A stretch of DNA of 63,361 bases, the filler included, from Licmophora abbreviata (lineage: Eukaryota): NCBI GenBank assembly GCA_900291995.1. It is 19 parts of 19 records of this genome, joined end to end, with 100 filler letters (N's around TTAATTAATTAA, not from the genome) between each part and the next. Parts side by side here need not be neighbours in the genome. Positions count along the whole stretch, not along the records: positions 33,954 to 42,426 come from OLMU01005381.1; positions 42,527 to 43,880 come from OLMU01005383.1; positions 43,981 to 45,633 come from OLMU01005384.1; positions 45,734 to 48,746 come from OLMU01005385.1; 15 more parts are not named here. The stretch is one strand, 5' to 3'. Under the pieces are notes generated by a model. The model was not told where the DNA came from, did not search any database, and was given only the letters and a program-made list of their open reading frames with translations. Every line of letters begins with the position of its first letter. Positions within the stretch are counted from its first letter, which is position 1. Shown piece after piece: positions 33,854 through 45,866 of this stretch. A program made the position numbers and the translations under genes.

Positions 33854-34262
33854 NNNNNNNNNNNNNNNNNNNNNNNNNNNNNNNNNNNNNNNNNNNNTTA
33901 ATTAATTAANNNNNNNNNNNNNNNNNNNNNNNNNNNNNNNNNNNNNNNNNNNNCTATTTCCTCCGTTCTCGTTCACAGAGGAACGCACTGGAGTTGAGAT
34001 TGTCCGCCGTAGAGATCGTGTAGACCTCAGTACTAAAAATCTGTTCGCCAGTTGCTACTACCCTGTCTGACAGCCGGCGCGCGTTTTTCTGCTCCCACGA
34101 AGCGGTCGACGGGCGGACGGAACTTTCGTTCGTCAGTCGACGCGCGGCGTGGATGACACCGAAGATTCATTTCCATTTGGCAATGGCAAAGGGTGTCACT
34201 GCCGTTTCCCCGGCCGTATCGTACAGACAGTTCAAGTAAACTAGCCAGCAAAAAGCTCACTG

Positions 34263-34799
34263 ATGCTCAATATCAGCAGAGTCGTTCATGGTGCCCGGAT
34301 CTATCCTGGATCGATGAGGTATTGGGCGAGGATGGAAACACGTTCTCCGACCACATTCGTCGCCATGCGCGCCAGTTTCTCTTCTTCGTCTCCAGAGACT
34401 ACCAGAGTAAAGCTCCGAAACATCTTCAAGGAGTACTCAGAGGCCAAGTAAGTGTCTGTCGGATTTTATGTCCTGATGACTGCCACGAATCGAATCTCGT
34501 TCAGTACCACCAACCTCGCTCTCACCCTTTTTCAAACTCTCGCCATCAGCTACTCCCAAACGCTGCCATCTCGTGTGGTCAAGGACGTGTTGGATACAGC
34601 TGATATAGATCACAATGGTATGATTTCAGTCAAGGAAGTGCAGAAACTGCTGCACAATATCAGGGCAACGGAAGAGTTCACCGACGAAGAGCTCCAAGCG
34701 TGGATGCATGAAGCATACGACGCTCCAGAGGGTGCCAAGGAAGTACCAGTTGAGAAACTCAAGGCTAGAATGCTGGAAATCTTAAAGGAAGGAACGTAG
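34263..34799 (+). CDS. Small EF-hand protein with a mitochondrial-type presequence, 2 exons
   Basis: Intron 34448-34549 (GTAAGT..CAG) joins EYSEAN|YSQTLPSR; EF loop DIDHNGMISVKE. Confidence 0.75.
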
Positions 34800-35059
34800 C
34801 GGCGATAAGGTCTTCATGAGTAACTCTAGTACCACTTTTGTGTTACAGTGTACTACTCAGTAGATCTTTTGTCTTCGAGAAGACGAGGCGCGCCAGAAAG
34901 GCTTGACGAGGATAGGAATGTCATTGCGACAAATTTAGCTAACACTAGCGCGTTGGGTGCGTTGGACAAAAAGAAAGACGAGATTGAAAAAAGTGGCGAT
35001 CACCGCGCATCACTTCATCCTGACCATGAAGGCATTTCACCTTGCAGCGTCCTTGAATC

Positions 35060-36133
35060 ATGAGGAGAACTGGGAACACTTCAACGACTGGTTCACCAAG
35101 GACTTCGTCTGGCGGTGTGATTTTCGCCGGAAGCTTCGTCCTCTGGGTAGGTCTCCTCGTCCTGAGTCTGACTCGTTTGCGGCCATGTGCTCCTGAAGCC
35201 TCGTTCGGTCTGGAGAAACAAGAAGCACGTGCACACCTTCTACACAAAGACTCATCCTCGGGCCCAAAGATTGCTTGGCTTACCTCCTATCCCAACAGCG
35301 GCACTTCCTACACCCTTCACGTGGTTCGACAAGTCTCGAATTTTACGACAGCAACCAACTACGGCGAGGAACACCTATACGAGGGAGGAAACAGTCTGCT
35401 TGTGAATACCAACTGGACCCATGGTCCCTTCTGGTCACACAAAGAATTATCACTGCCACCAAATTACGTTCTCACCAAGACGCACTGTGGAGGACGCTGT
35501 GTTCACTGCGGTCCGGAGAAGTACATTGAGCTACCTCGATCCTTCCGACGAGCATGTCTGCAAGCCAAACTGTTCCAGAACTTTACTGGATCAGAAGTGC
35601 GGTACTCCGCAAAGCTGGTACAGCGAACAGTCCATTTGATTCGAGACCCGTTGGACAATGTCGTGTCACGCTTCCATTTGAGCTTAAAGCACGGAGACAA
35701 TTTCACCAACGATGCAAAAGGCTTCCACGCATGGTGTAAACGATTGGACACGGAGTATAGAGACCACGAGCTGCACGTCCGCTTCTTTGACTCCGACCTG
35801 AACCACTTGTTTCGAAGTGTCCCTTGCCATGTGGAGTTTTATCGATTTACAGAATGGCACAACCTCGCAATCATGGCGGCTCGGTTCATGGGCATTCCGA
35901 CTCACAACGTATTTTACGATGACTATGCGAGCGACTGGAAAGGAACAGTAGAGGGAATATTGGACTTTTTAGAGCTGCCTGCACCGTATCAGTGGGAGAA
36001 TGCTACGCAGTTCAAGTTTCGGAGCTACCATCAGGAGTACTACAGCACGGAGGAAAAGCACAACATTCGCAAACTGATACGAGAGCTTGCGTCGGCCGAA
36101 ACTTGGGAGCTGTTGCGGAGATATTTTCAATGA
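35060..36133 (+). CDS. Membrane-anchored sulfotransferase-like protein
   Basis: TM anchor; 5'-PSB-like WLTSYPNSGTSYT and 3'-PB-like HLIRDPLDNVVSRF. Confidence 0.8.
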   Translation: MRRTGNTSTTGSPRTSSGGVIFAGSFVLWVGLLVLSLTRLRPCAPEASFGLEKQEARAHLLHKDSSSGPKIAWLTSYPNSGTSYTLHVVRQVSNFTTATNYGEEHLYEGGNSLLVNTNWTHGPFWSHKELSLPPNYVLTKTHCGGRCVHCGPEKYIELPRSFRRACLQAKLFQNFTGSEVRYSAKLVQRTVHLIRDPLDNVVSRFHLSLKHGDNFTNDAKGFHAWCKRLDTEYRDHELHVRFFDSDLNHLFRSVPCHVEFYRFTEWHNLAIMAARFMGIPTHNVFYDDYASDWKGTVEGILDFLELPAPYQWENATQFKFRSYHQEYYSTEEKHNIRKLIRELASAETWELLRRYFQ

Positions 36134-36534
36134 TGTATCATACTTTCATTGGTACTACTGAATGACAAGTCAGCAAACAGTTAACCTAGGAGCTCTTCTG
36201 GTTGTACTCGTACTGTGGTAGCGTCAGGGAAGCTCGGTGAGCACACTGGTATGAACAGCAATTTGAAAGTCGTCCGTGTCATCGGTGTGGTGGACTGTCA
36301 CGCGAGTTCGGCCCACGCGAACACGAAGAAATGGCGCGCCATCCTGAGACGCGAGATGGAGGCGCCGGCCACCACCATGCGCATCACCATCACAGTTCAT
36401 CGTGGACCGTGGACGTTGGCTGACAGGGCGTTGGTCCACGGTGTGAGTCGAGCCTCTACTGTCCACGCTTCCACACGCAAGACAGTCCGACCATTCTTGC
36501 GGTTGCGTTCTGTGTCTTGAGATCGAGACAAGCC

Positions 36535-37737
36535 ATGACGGGATCTCCCAAGAAGACGTCGGGGACCACGCTGGTGCGGCATCGGACGAAGCGAGGTTTC
36601 TGGGCGATGGGAGTTTGTCTGTTGTCACTGTTTGCAGCGTGGCCGGGGTACCTGTCGAGGCTGCAGGGCATGCCTCCGTCGAAGTCTTCCTCTGCTACTT
36701 CTAGTGGTAGAAAGAAGGCAAGGAAGTCTGTTTCCTTCGAGCTTGCTGGCAAGGGCGACGACGTGACCGGGAGACAATCACCTTCCTTTGCACTAGAAAA
36801 TCTGCACGACCCAAACAAATTGCTGATTCCAAAGTTGGCGTGGCTTATGAGCTTTCCAAACAGCGGAACCAGTTTCACCATGATGAGCGTCCTCCGGGCT
36901 TCCAACTTTAGTACTGCCTCCAACTATGGAGACGAGGTCACCGCCAAAGGGGATGCTTCTCAACCCGTCTACGAGGATCGACCGGAAGGGCCCTACTGGC
37001 TGGTATCGGAAACGTTAGGGTCTCCACGATCGCTGCCACAAAACTTCGTAATGGTCAAGACGCACTGCGGCTCTCGCTGTGTCAACTGCGCTCCCCGCGA
37101 GTACATGCAGAGCCTAGAACAGTTCGTGGACGATTGTCGCAGGACATCCGCCCGGGTTGGTCCCGGACCGAAGCGACTCAAACGCGAATTCTACTACCCG
37201 ACGGATCGAGTTCACAAGGCCATTCATCTTGTTCGACATCCCATCACGAACATTGTCTCTCGCTTTCATCAGGACTCAAAGAACTACGAACACGCGGGTC
37301 GCGAAAAGTGGCTTACGGAACATCCACCGAACAGAGACGGATTTCGAAAATGGTGTCAAGACATTGACGACAGACACAGAGGTGAGGAATCCGCCGTCTT
37401 TTCGAGAACATTGCTCCCGGAGCTGAGAATGACGCCCTGTCACTCGGAATTCTTTCGCTACGTGCAATGGCACAACCGGGCATTCGAGGCGATTGAAAAG
37501 ATGGACATACCAAGTCTGTTAGTACATTATGAGGACTACGAGACCAGCTTTGAAGAGACCTTTCAGTCTATCTTTGATTTCTTGGAGCTGCCGCGAACAA
37601 CAAGTCCATCGAAAGAGTTCACGGCGCGACACGACTACGATGATTACTTTGCAACGAACGAAACTGATCGAATCCTGAAAACGGTAAAGATGCTTGCGTC
37701 GGACACGACGTGGAATGCTATTCAGCATTATTTCTAA
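36535..37737 (+). CDS. Membrane-anchored sulfotransferase-like protein (tandem paralog)
   Basis: ATG 36535; WLMSFPNSGTSFT, VKTHCG, HLVRHPITNIVSRF and HYEDY. Confidence 0.8.
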   Translation: MTGSPKKTSGTTLVRHRTKRGFWAMGVCLLSLFAAWPGYLSRLQGMPPSKSSSATSSGRKKARKSVSFELAGKGDDVTGRQSPSFALENLHDPNKLLIPKLAWLMSFPNSGTSFTMMSVLRASNFSTASNYGDEVTAKGDASQPVYEDRPEGPYWLVSETLGSPRSLPQNFVMVKTHCGSRCVNCAPREYMQSLEQFVDDCRRTSARVGPGPKRLKREFYYPTDRVHKAIHLVRHPITNIVSRFHQDSKNYEHAGREKWLTEHPPNRDGFRKWCQDIDDRHRGEESAVFSRTLLPELRMTPCHSEFFRYVQWHNRAFEAIEKMDIPSLLVHYEDYETSFEETFQSIFDFLELPRTTSPSKEFTARHDYDDYFATNETDRILKTVKMLASDTTWNAIQHYF

Positions 37738-38034
37738 AACAGAGCCACATGGTTCTTTGCACGAATGTGCTCATCGGCTGGTCCATGCTGTGTCTATTTC
37801 CAGCGTGAAATCAAGATGTGCTTGGGTCGTGAGTCGTGAATGCGAACTTGACTGGCTTTTAGGAGAGTAATTTTTCCTATCGTTCCGTTTTGCATGGGCC
37901 ATGGTCATTGTAGTGCCAATGGTCAGCCTTTGGCTACAAGCTATCTCTACCAAATCAATCTGGACAAGTTATTTTCTACTATTATATGAACTACTACTTT
38001 GTAAAGAGGTTGGAACCCTGGGGTGACGACGTCT

Positions 38035-38550
38035 CTACTCAATGCACTGATATGTGACGACCGGCTTTTTCACGTTCTTGTCGTATCCCGCACAGTTGAA
38101 CCTGAGCAGATCCTCCAACTCTTTGGCGATCGCGTTGTCCTTATTTGGATTAAGTCGACGGCCGCCTTGGTCACTGTCGTCTCCGCTGCCGAAACGGCTG
38201 CAACCGCTGCCAGAGCAAGACCACCTGGATCTCCGATTGTACGAAAAAAGCCGGCGCCCCTCAAGCCTTCTGTCCTCCAATTTCATTTCGGCTTGACTTT
38301 CCACAGCTTTCACAGCTTCAACAAGCATGTCGTCACAGAAGTCATCGAAGACTTTGTCAGTGGCACAGTTGAAGTCAGAGGGACTAGAACCTCCGAACTT
38401 TTTCTTGGTATCGATCTCAACTTCGAACTCCACCTCCTTTCCTTCGCACTTTGCCAGTTCGCGGCCGAATGGTTCCTCTGCGCCTCGGAGAGAAGCATGG
38501 GCCACTTGAGCCGAGGCTAGGAGCGTGAAGATAGTGGAAGCCAATTTCAT
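38035..38550 (-). CDS. Small secreted Cys-containing protein with RxL motifs
   Basis: Signal peptide MKLASTIFTLLASAQVAHA-SLRG; GREL, RRLE, RRLF and RRLN motifs. Confidence 0.7.
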   Translation of the reverse strand: MKLASTIFTLLASAQVAHASLRGAEEPFGRELAKCEGKEVEFEVEIDTKKKFGGSSPSDFNCATDKVFDDFCDDMLVEAVKAVESQAEMKLEDRRLEGRRLFSYNRRSRWSCSGSGCSRFGSGDDSDQGGRRLNPNKDNAIAKELEDLLRFNCAGYDKNVKKPVVTYQCIE

Positions 38551-39171
38551 GTTGTATTTCTTTGGATGTGGACGAAAAAGTGTGTTGTGTCTAATCCAAG
38601 AATTGTGGGACGAGCAGTTTGTGAGTGCAGTGAGCACGTGTGAAGATCTTTTCCCTTCGATCGTTTTTGTGATGTTTTGGACCCTGACAAGCCCATGGGG
38701 TCACTTGGTAGGAAAAGACATGTACAAAGCTACGTAAAAAGGTGCTGTAATGACTTCAGCAATAAGTAAACGCATTTCAGGACATTCAATGACTATCAAT
38801 GACCTTCTTTACTCGTATGTTGAGTTGTCATAGACGTTTGCTCAACGAAAGAGTGTCGCTGTTTATCGGCACAGGTCATTTCTATGACTTCTATGCATTC
38901 AGGGCTTTATTACCTGTAGTGTCCATAATCAATGAAGGTCATTATGACGACAAGCCCGACTCATGACCCGTTTGTGTTTTTGAGTCGGTCCTTCCACCGA
39001 CACAAAAAACTAAGCCGTACACGTGGAACTTGTTAAAGGCGTCAAGGTGCGTCACAGTTGATGGGACGTCGGACGTCGGTTGTCGGCGCGGCACACACGA
39101 AGATCGGTGAATTCTATCAAGAGCCTTGTATCCCTCACACAAATCGATATCTGACAGGCGGAAGCGCGACC

Positions 39172-41062
39172 ATGGCTGACGACGGATTTGATGTCGCCCA
39201 GGGGGCGGCCTACGGGATCCTCTTTAGCGTGCTCGCCTTCTTCACCATCTTGGCCATGGGCAGCATGGACTTTTTCCACGGCTGGTTGCCTGCGAAACTG
39301 ACCAGCTGCTGCTTGCTCAAGACCACAGGTGAAGATGAAGTTCACTCGACGGACTACTTCCTCAGTGCCCGCAACAGTGCTGGGGCATTCACCATCGCCA
39401 TGAGCTTCTTCGCGGGTGGAATGGGGGCCTGGGTCGTCTACGGGACAACTGAAAGTGAGTTCGAAATTAGGATTTTTCGCATTTTCTTTGGCCTTTTCGA
39501 CCTATCGCGCACAGAAGCGCCCCCCGACTGACCCTTTGTTGTATATTCCATTCTATTACTCTTCCCCCCGATCGACAGTGGGCGCCACGCCGGACTTGAG
39601 CTGGCTTGGAGTGCTTGGCTACTCTGCAGCCAGTGCCTTTCCGGCCATCATCAGTTGCTTCCTTGGACCTGTGATCCGCAAGCGCTCTTCCAACGCCTTT
39701 AGCACTACCGACTTTGGACGCATGCGCTACGGACGAGTCATGCAGGTGGCCATTGCAGGAGTTTCCATCTTCTACATGTTCATCTTCATTGTGGCTGAGC
39801 TCACTAGTATAAGCAACGTTTACGCCTTGCTGACGGACAACTTTAAGGAGTCCTATGGCATTTCCATCACTGTCATCATCGGGGCTTTCACAATCTTCTA
39901 CACTGGACTTGCTGGTCTTCCTGCCAGTCTCGTGACGGACAAATTCCAAGGACTCATCATGGCTTTTCTGGTTGTTATTCTAACGATTGCAGTGTGCTCT
40001 TTCGAGGAGAATCATGTAACTCGCGAGGAGTTCGCCCTAGCCTCCAACTGGACTACCGATGGTCTCATGGCTGCAGTGACGCTCATTATTGCCATTGCCT
40101 GTGCTGAACTGTTCAATCAGAGTACCTGGCAGCGCGTCTGGGCGGCCGAAAGTGTCCCAGCGCTTCGCCGTGGATTCCTTCTTGGCTCTTTCTTGGTCTT
40201 CTTGCTCATGATGTTCTTCGGAGTCATGGGAATGATTGCGTATGCCAATGACCCCGAGGCCTACGATAACTTTGAGAAGTTCGCCTTTTTGGCTTTCTTT
40301 GATATCCTCCAGCCGCTGTCCAATGGCTGGCACGTGATGGTTCTCATCATGGTCACTGCCCTCGCCGCGAGCTCCATCGACTCTCTTCAGAATGGCTTGA
40401 CCTGCATCTTCAGTGCTGACTTGGTCAAGATTGGTTGGAACCCCAAGTGGATCACCCGCGCGCTTGTGGTTGCTATCAACGCGCCTGCCATTTACTTGGC
40501 CTCCAAGAAATACGATGTGATCTCTCTTTTCCTGGTTGCTGACCTTGTTTGTGCTACTAGTGTGTTCCCGACTTTCCTTGGGCTCCAGGAGAATGACTGG
40601 CGCTTCCTAAAGGCCCCTACCGAGCTCGGAGCCTTTCTTGGCTGTGTGTCTGGAGTCGTGACCGTTGTGATCAACGGACTCGTCAACGATGCGGAAGGTG
40701 GTCTCTTTGACTACTTCTGGCTCCGCAACGACGCCATCTGTGCCCTCTGTGGCTCCAAGACTATGGTAACTTTCATCATCACTCCCACTGTCAGTGCCAT
40801 CATGACGTACCTCTTCTCGTACATTGACATTGCCATCCGTGGTGACCGTGCTCGCAAGCCTCTGATCCCTTTGCCTTTCGATGCCGCTGGGACCGACGGT
40901 GGAAAAGGTCCCGAGGAAACGGAGAACAAGGCCAAAGAGCTGACCTCGTCGGACGACGAAGGCTTGACGGAGGGCAACGGAGTCTCGGCAGCAAAAGGCG
41001 ATGCTGAGTTGGAGGTTGCTGACGCGTCTGCCGTCCAGATCGAGAGCGAGGTCGGAGCCTAG
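39172..41062 (+). CDS. Sodium:solute symporter (SSS, DUR3/urea-polyamine transporter-like), 2 exons
   Basis: DYFLSARNS, GLPASLVTDKFQG, NQSTWQRVWAA and ASSIDSLQN; intron 39455-39578; many TM helices. Confidence 0.85.
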
Positions 41063-41785
41063 GCGGAAAGATCAACTAACGTCAGGCCTCCTCTCGGACT
41101 ATGGAGGCGATCCTTCCAACCTCTATCTGTTAAAAAAATAATCTTGTGCATCAGTGGTGAGTCAACGTGTCTTTGATCCCCGATGGCGGCTTGGTGTGAA
41201 AATCTAACACGACAGACGTGCTGCTGTTTCCGCTGCCCCAGATTCGTGTGATGGCATTTGGTCGTTTGTGTTTGTTTGCGGGAGCCCCCCTTATGAGTTC
41301 GCAGGGTGCTGAGAAACCGCTTTGTGCTAACCGTTTGAACATGATCAAGTTAATACTTGCGTGATGGAATAACGAATGCAAACGATTCGAGTAACGTTAC
41401 TACGAATGAAAAAGTCGTGAAGCTTGTGCTGTTGGACTTGCGCTGTTTTGTATTCTACTCTATGGTTTGTCCAGAATGAGTAGATTCAAACTTGCAGTTT
41501 TAAGAATAATAGCAATTAGTTATCTCGATGTTCTGTATATATCATTGTGAACCCGCGTTTTGCCTCCGCTTCTAGTCTACCGTACCATGTTATCATACCT
41601 GGTACCACGGAATGACAATAGGAGTCTCGAATTGGATTATTTTTTAGTGGATTAGCAATGTAGTCTATTCTCAGGTTGTCTTCAGGTTCCTGATTCATTC
41701 TGAAAAGAAATCTACCACCACTTTTCACGAACTCTGGTTCTCTATTGTACTACAATCATAGCTCTGCTGCGTCCGACCTTTGTGT

Positions 41786-42426
41786 CTACGCCTCTTCGTA
41801 CTTGTCAAAGACCAGAGCACAGTTGGTTCCTCCGAATCCAAAACTGTTGGACATGGCACGCTTAAAAGGACCATCTTTCCTCTCCGTGAGAATGTGCATA
41901 CCCTCCGCTTCATCCACAAGATCTTGGATGTTCGCGGACTCGGCCATGAAGTCATTATTCATCATTAGAATTGAGTAGATGGCTTCGTGGACACCAGCTG
42001 CACCAAGGGCGTGCCCCGAGAGACTCTTGGTACTACCAACCTCTGGTTGGTATCCTTCCTCATCAAAGAGTGTCTTGATGGCACCGAGTTCCATAACATC
42101 CCCGACCGGCGTGGAGGTCCCATGCGTATTGACATACTCAATAGGCTTTTCCCCACCAACTCGCTTGGCCTCATCCATCGCAATCTTCATGCACCGTTGT
42201 CCTCCCACGCCCGAGGGAGCCACCATATCGTATCCATCCGAGTTGGCACCGTATCCAACCAGCTCGGCATAAATGTTGGCTCCTCGGGCCTTGGCATGCT
42301 CCAGCTCCTCCAGAACTAACACACCCCCCCCACCGGCAATGACGAATCCATCGCGGCTCTTGTCGAATGCCCGCGACGCCTTGTCGGGAGTCTCGTTGTA
42401 CTCGGTACTGAGCGCACCCATGCAGT
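41786..42426 (-). CDS. fabB: 3-oxoacyl-ACP synthase, FabB (KAS I) type, 3' part
   Basis: [48 protein letters not shown] and [10 protein letters not shown]. Confidence 0.9.
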
Positions 42427-42526
42427 NNNNNNNNNNNNNNNNNNNNNNNNNNNNNNNNNNNNNNNNNNNNTTAATTAATTAANNNNNNNNNNNNNNNNNN
42501 NNNNNNNNNNNNNNNNNNNNNNNNNN

Positions 42527-44726
42527 GTTCGCTCCTCAACACACTGTTTCATGTTCATTTTCAGCATCGAAGGAGTGCCGCCGGAAGCCATTGAATGTGT
42601 CTATTCTCCCGCCAAACGTCGAGGACCCATCCCCGGTCGATCCCAGAACCGCAAGCAGAAGCCTGCCACGGAACAGCAGCAGCAAGACCACCTATACACA
42701 AGGTTGATCGCGCAGCAGCAGCAGGCGCAACTTGAACCATCATCATCGACAGCAACCGCCTGGCCCGCTGTAGCACATACAGATAAAAATTTGCTTGCTG
42801 TGGGAGATAACGCCGGTACTTCCTCTACACCATCGCATGCCTTGGAAAATCTTGAGGTTTCTCAGCCTGTCTCGCGTCGTGTTCGTACAGAACGCACTAC
42901 GACCAAGAAGAAGTCCCCAGATACAGTCGAGGCTCACATCCATCTCCTGGAACGCTCTAGTGCAGAAGGAAACCGCCTTCGTGCTTACTTTCGTCTCAGT
43001 GTCGATGAACTATTCACATTGCCGCCTATTCCAAGCACTTCCGACTTTTGCGTCCTGCTTGGATTGCCAGTCGACGTCATGTTGAATACTGCCCAACGCC
43101 ATGCCTTGTTGGCATCTCGCTTCAGTGAGGTCGCGCTCGGTGCACTGGTCCACAACGAAGTTCCCCTGGCCATGGAGCTGTGCAATGCGGTCGTGCACTG
43201 CTTGCGGGAGTGTGCGGATACTAGTACTGTGCAGCAGTCTGCCTATTACTACGAAGTGTCGCGCGCGTACTTTCTTTTGGGAGTCTTTCGAGCGTTTCGC
43301 GGAGACATGGAACGTTACTTTAAGTATCGGCGAGTGTGTATGACGCACTTGTCATCTCACAGTAATGTGAGTATAATGGATGTGTGCGAAAGCGAGAATC
43401 TTGCTCTTACAGTGACTGACAACAGTGACTAACAAGACTCGGTCTTATTTGCTTGCTTTGAATTTTTCTTGGACAGGACCCCAAACATGAAATGCTATTG
43501 GCAGCAATATCCTTCCTTGATTCGTGGGCGTACATGATCTACAATGCCAACGAGAGAGAACTGCCTGAGATTGACGGAAGTATCCCTTTGCCATCCGCGA
43601 CGACAACGACGACATCAGAGCTCTCGTGTATTTTGTCGGACCCCAAAAACAAAATGTGGATTCAGGGTGCACCGCCCGTCTATCTCAACAATGAGGCTCC
43701 ATTGCCGGCACGATCTTTAGATGCACTCGCCTGCGCCGTGCGGCAGTGTTGCGATCAAGCCAACAATCGGTTTGCAGACATTCAAAAGGAAGCGGACGGT
43801 GGGGAGAAGGTTGCGATCATTCCGCAGGATTCGATTCAGACTCCTACCAAGACGGCAGTCATGGCGAATGAAAATGAATTNNNNNNNNNNNNNNNNNNNN
43901 NNNNNNNNNNNNNNNNNNNNNNNNTTAATTAATTAANNNNNNNNNNNNNNNNNNNNNNNNNNNNNNNNNNNNNNNNNNNNCGAATGAAAATGAATTGTGC
44001 AGTCGAAACATGGTACTGTCGGCCTTTACGTTGTTACAACAGCACGAAGCTTCTGCTTCTGCTCCGGAGAAAAATCAGGGGCATCATCTAATCATCTCCG
44101 CCATGGACGCCTTCTTGGAAAATGGCGATGAGGATGGTTCCGGTGGATTCACCGACTCGCAAATCCAGTCTTTGCTGAGTGTGTGCAACATTGTCATTGA
44201 GAATCCCTATCTTTTGTATCACGCCGGGCCCACATACCACATGGTCTCGAATGCTGCAGTCCTCCTTTGTCATTTGCTCAATGGCATGTACGCCACGCAG
44301 TATGGAAGTGCAACCCACCAAAACAGCGAAATGGAAAGTGTCGTCTTTGACGAGATCCTCGACACATTCCTATCGATCCGTAAGTTGCTCAACATTCATC
44401 GCCGCAAACTACCAGTGAAGCTGCGATGTCATGGAATCCCCCGCCCCAACTTGTTGTTGCAAACGAATGATGGAAAGCTGCCGCTGATTGACTTGGGAAA
44501 TACTCTCATGTGTGCCTGTCGGGGATGCCAAGGCTTTGTCTTGATGGCATGTTCGCCGTGTGTCGCGGCGGAGCGGGCCCAGTCGGCGGCGCGGAAACAA
44601 GAATTGGAATTAGAGCAGGAGAATCTCGACATGGATCAAGAGCTTTATGACTTTGAAAGTGAATTTGATCTGGATGACGATGCCCTTCTCAGCATGCTCT
44701 CTCGAATCATTTCGACCGAATCGTGA
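42527..44726 (+). CDS. Probable Zn2Cys6 (fungal-type) transcription factor; N-terminus in gap, spans a gap
   Basis: CVYSPAKRRGP is typical of the end of a Zn2Cys6 cluster; Gln-rich stretch and helical middle region; intron 43367-43476; the overlap gcgaatgaaaatgaatt bridges the gap at 43881. Confidence 0.6.
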
Positions 44727-45026
44727 TGCGGAAAAAAAAAGTCGAACTGAATCGCTCGTGTATGCAAATGGCTGGCAAGTTCGAATGGATGTGGCTCTGT
44801 ACGAGTGGGGGTTAAGAGAACCAACGTACTGGTTCACTAGTAAAGTGAATATTGAATATAGCAAACAGATCTGGAATGTACTACAGTAGCTACCGGAAGC
44901 TTCTCGTGTCCTACAATGAGGAGGACAAGGGTAGAAATAGACCTACAAGCACTGAAGTACGAGCTCGTACTCGTACCAGGTACTATAGCTAGCTAAGATA
45001 CAGCCACTGAAGAATAATTCTAAGAT

Positions 45027-45524
45027 CTACTGATTCCATGGAAGATAGAGCTCTCCACGAGACGCTAACCGAAGCATTTCATATCCGTAGGCTCCTAGCA
45101 AGCCGGCAATGGAAACAAGAGAAAAGATCGGAATGAACAGGTCGCGTTCGGGAGGTTCGCCTTTTGCAGAGCCGTCGAGGGGCTCCTGCACGAGTGATGA
45201 TCCCGGCGGCACCGTGGTGAGGGTCGACTTGTCGTCGTCATCGTCCCATCCATCGTCAGTCTCCATCGATCCTTCGCTCTCTGGATCATCCTTCGCACTG
45301 AGCGGCGACAGTACAGCCTTCCTGTTGTGACTGCATGCTCCAGGAACAGTGTTGATCGATGTTCCCGTGCAGAAAGGCGAGGATACTGGCCGCCGCGAGA
45401 CGATTCCCCATCCATGCGTTCTATGGACACCACAGACGAGTATAGCAAGAAGACACCACGCAGCGAAAGTCGAGACGCGTTGCCGCCCTTGATCGATGGC
45501 GGCGGCCATCGTGTATTCCATCAC
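45027..45524 (-). CDS. Small single-TM protein with a bipartite plastid-like presequence
   Basis: Signal-like segment ending ...THG-W, an acidic region, and a C-terminal TM ERDLFIPIFSLVSIAGL...GELYLPW. Confidence 0.6.
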   Translation of the reverse strand: MMEYTMAAAIDQGRQRVSTFAAWCLLAILVCGVHRTHGWGIVSRRPVSSPFCTGTSINTVPGACSHNRKAVLSPLSAKDDPESEGSMETDDGWDDDDDKSTLTTVPPGSSLVQEPLDGSAKGEPPERDLFIPIFSLVSIAGLLGAYGYEMLRLASRGELYLPWNQ

Positions 45525-45866
45525 GCGAGTGTGCTTTTCCTTTCTTCCTTTTTCCGTTTCAAGACACAGCGAGTCCGTACGTCGTCCGCTCCTTTGAGCA
45601 ACCGGCGCAACGCCGAATTGTCAAATAATTAGTNNNNNNNNNNNNNNNNNNNNNNNNNNNNNNNNNNNNNNNNNNNNTTAATTAATTAANNNNNNNNNNN
45701 NNNNNNNNNNNNNNNNNNNNNNNNNNNNNNNNNATTATCCAGTACTATCCAGTCCAAACTATCCAGCTGGAACCGAACACTACAAATAATGTCAACACGA
45801 CAGTGAATAGAATACTACTCGTACGATTGCACTATACTGCACTTCCTGTTTTGGTGGAGCGGCAAC

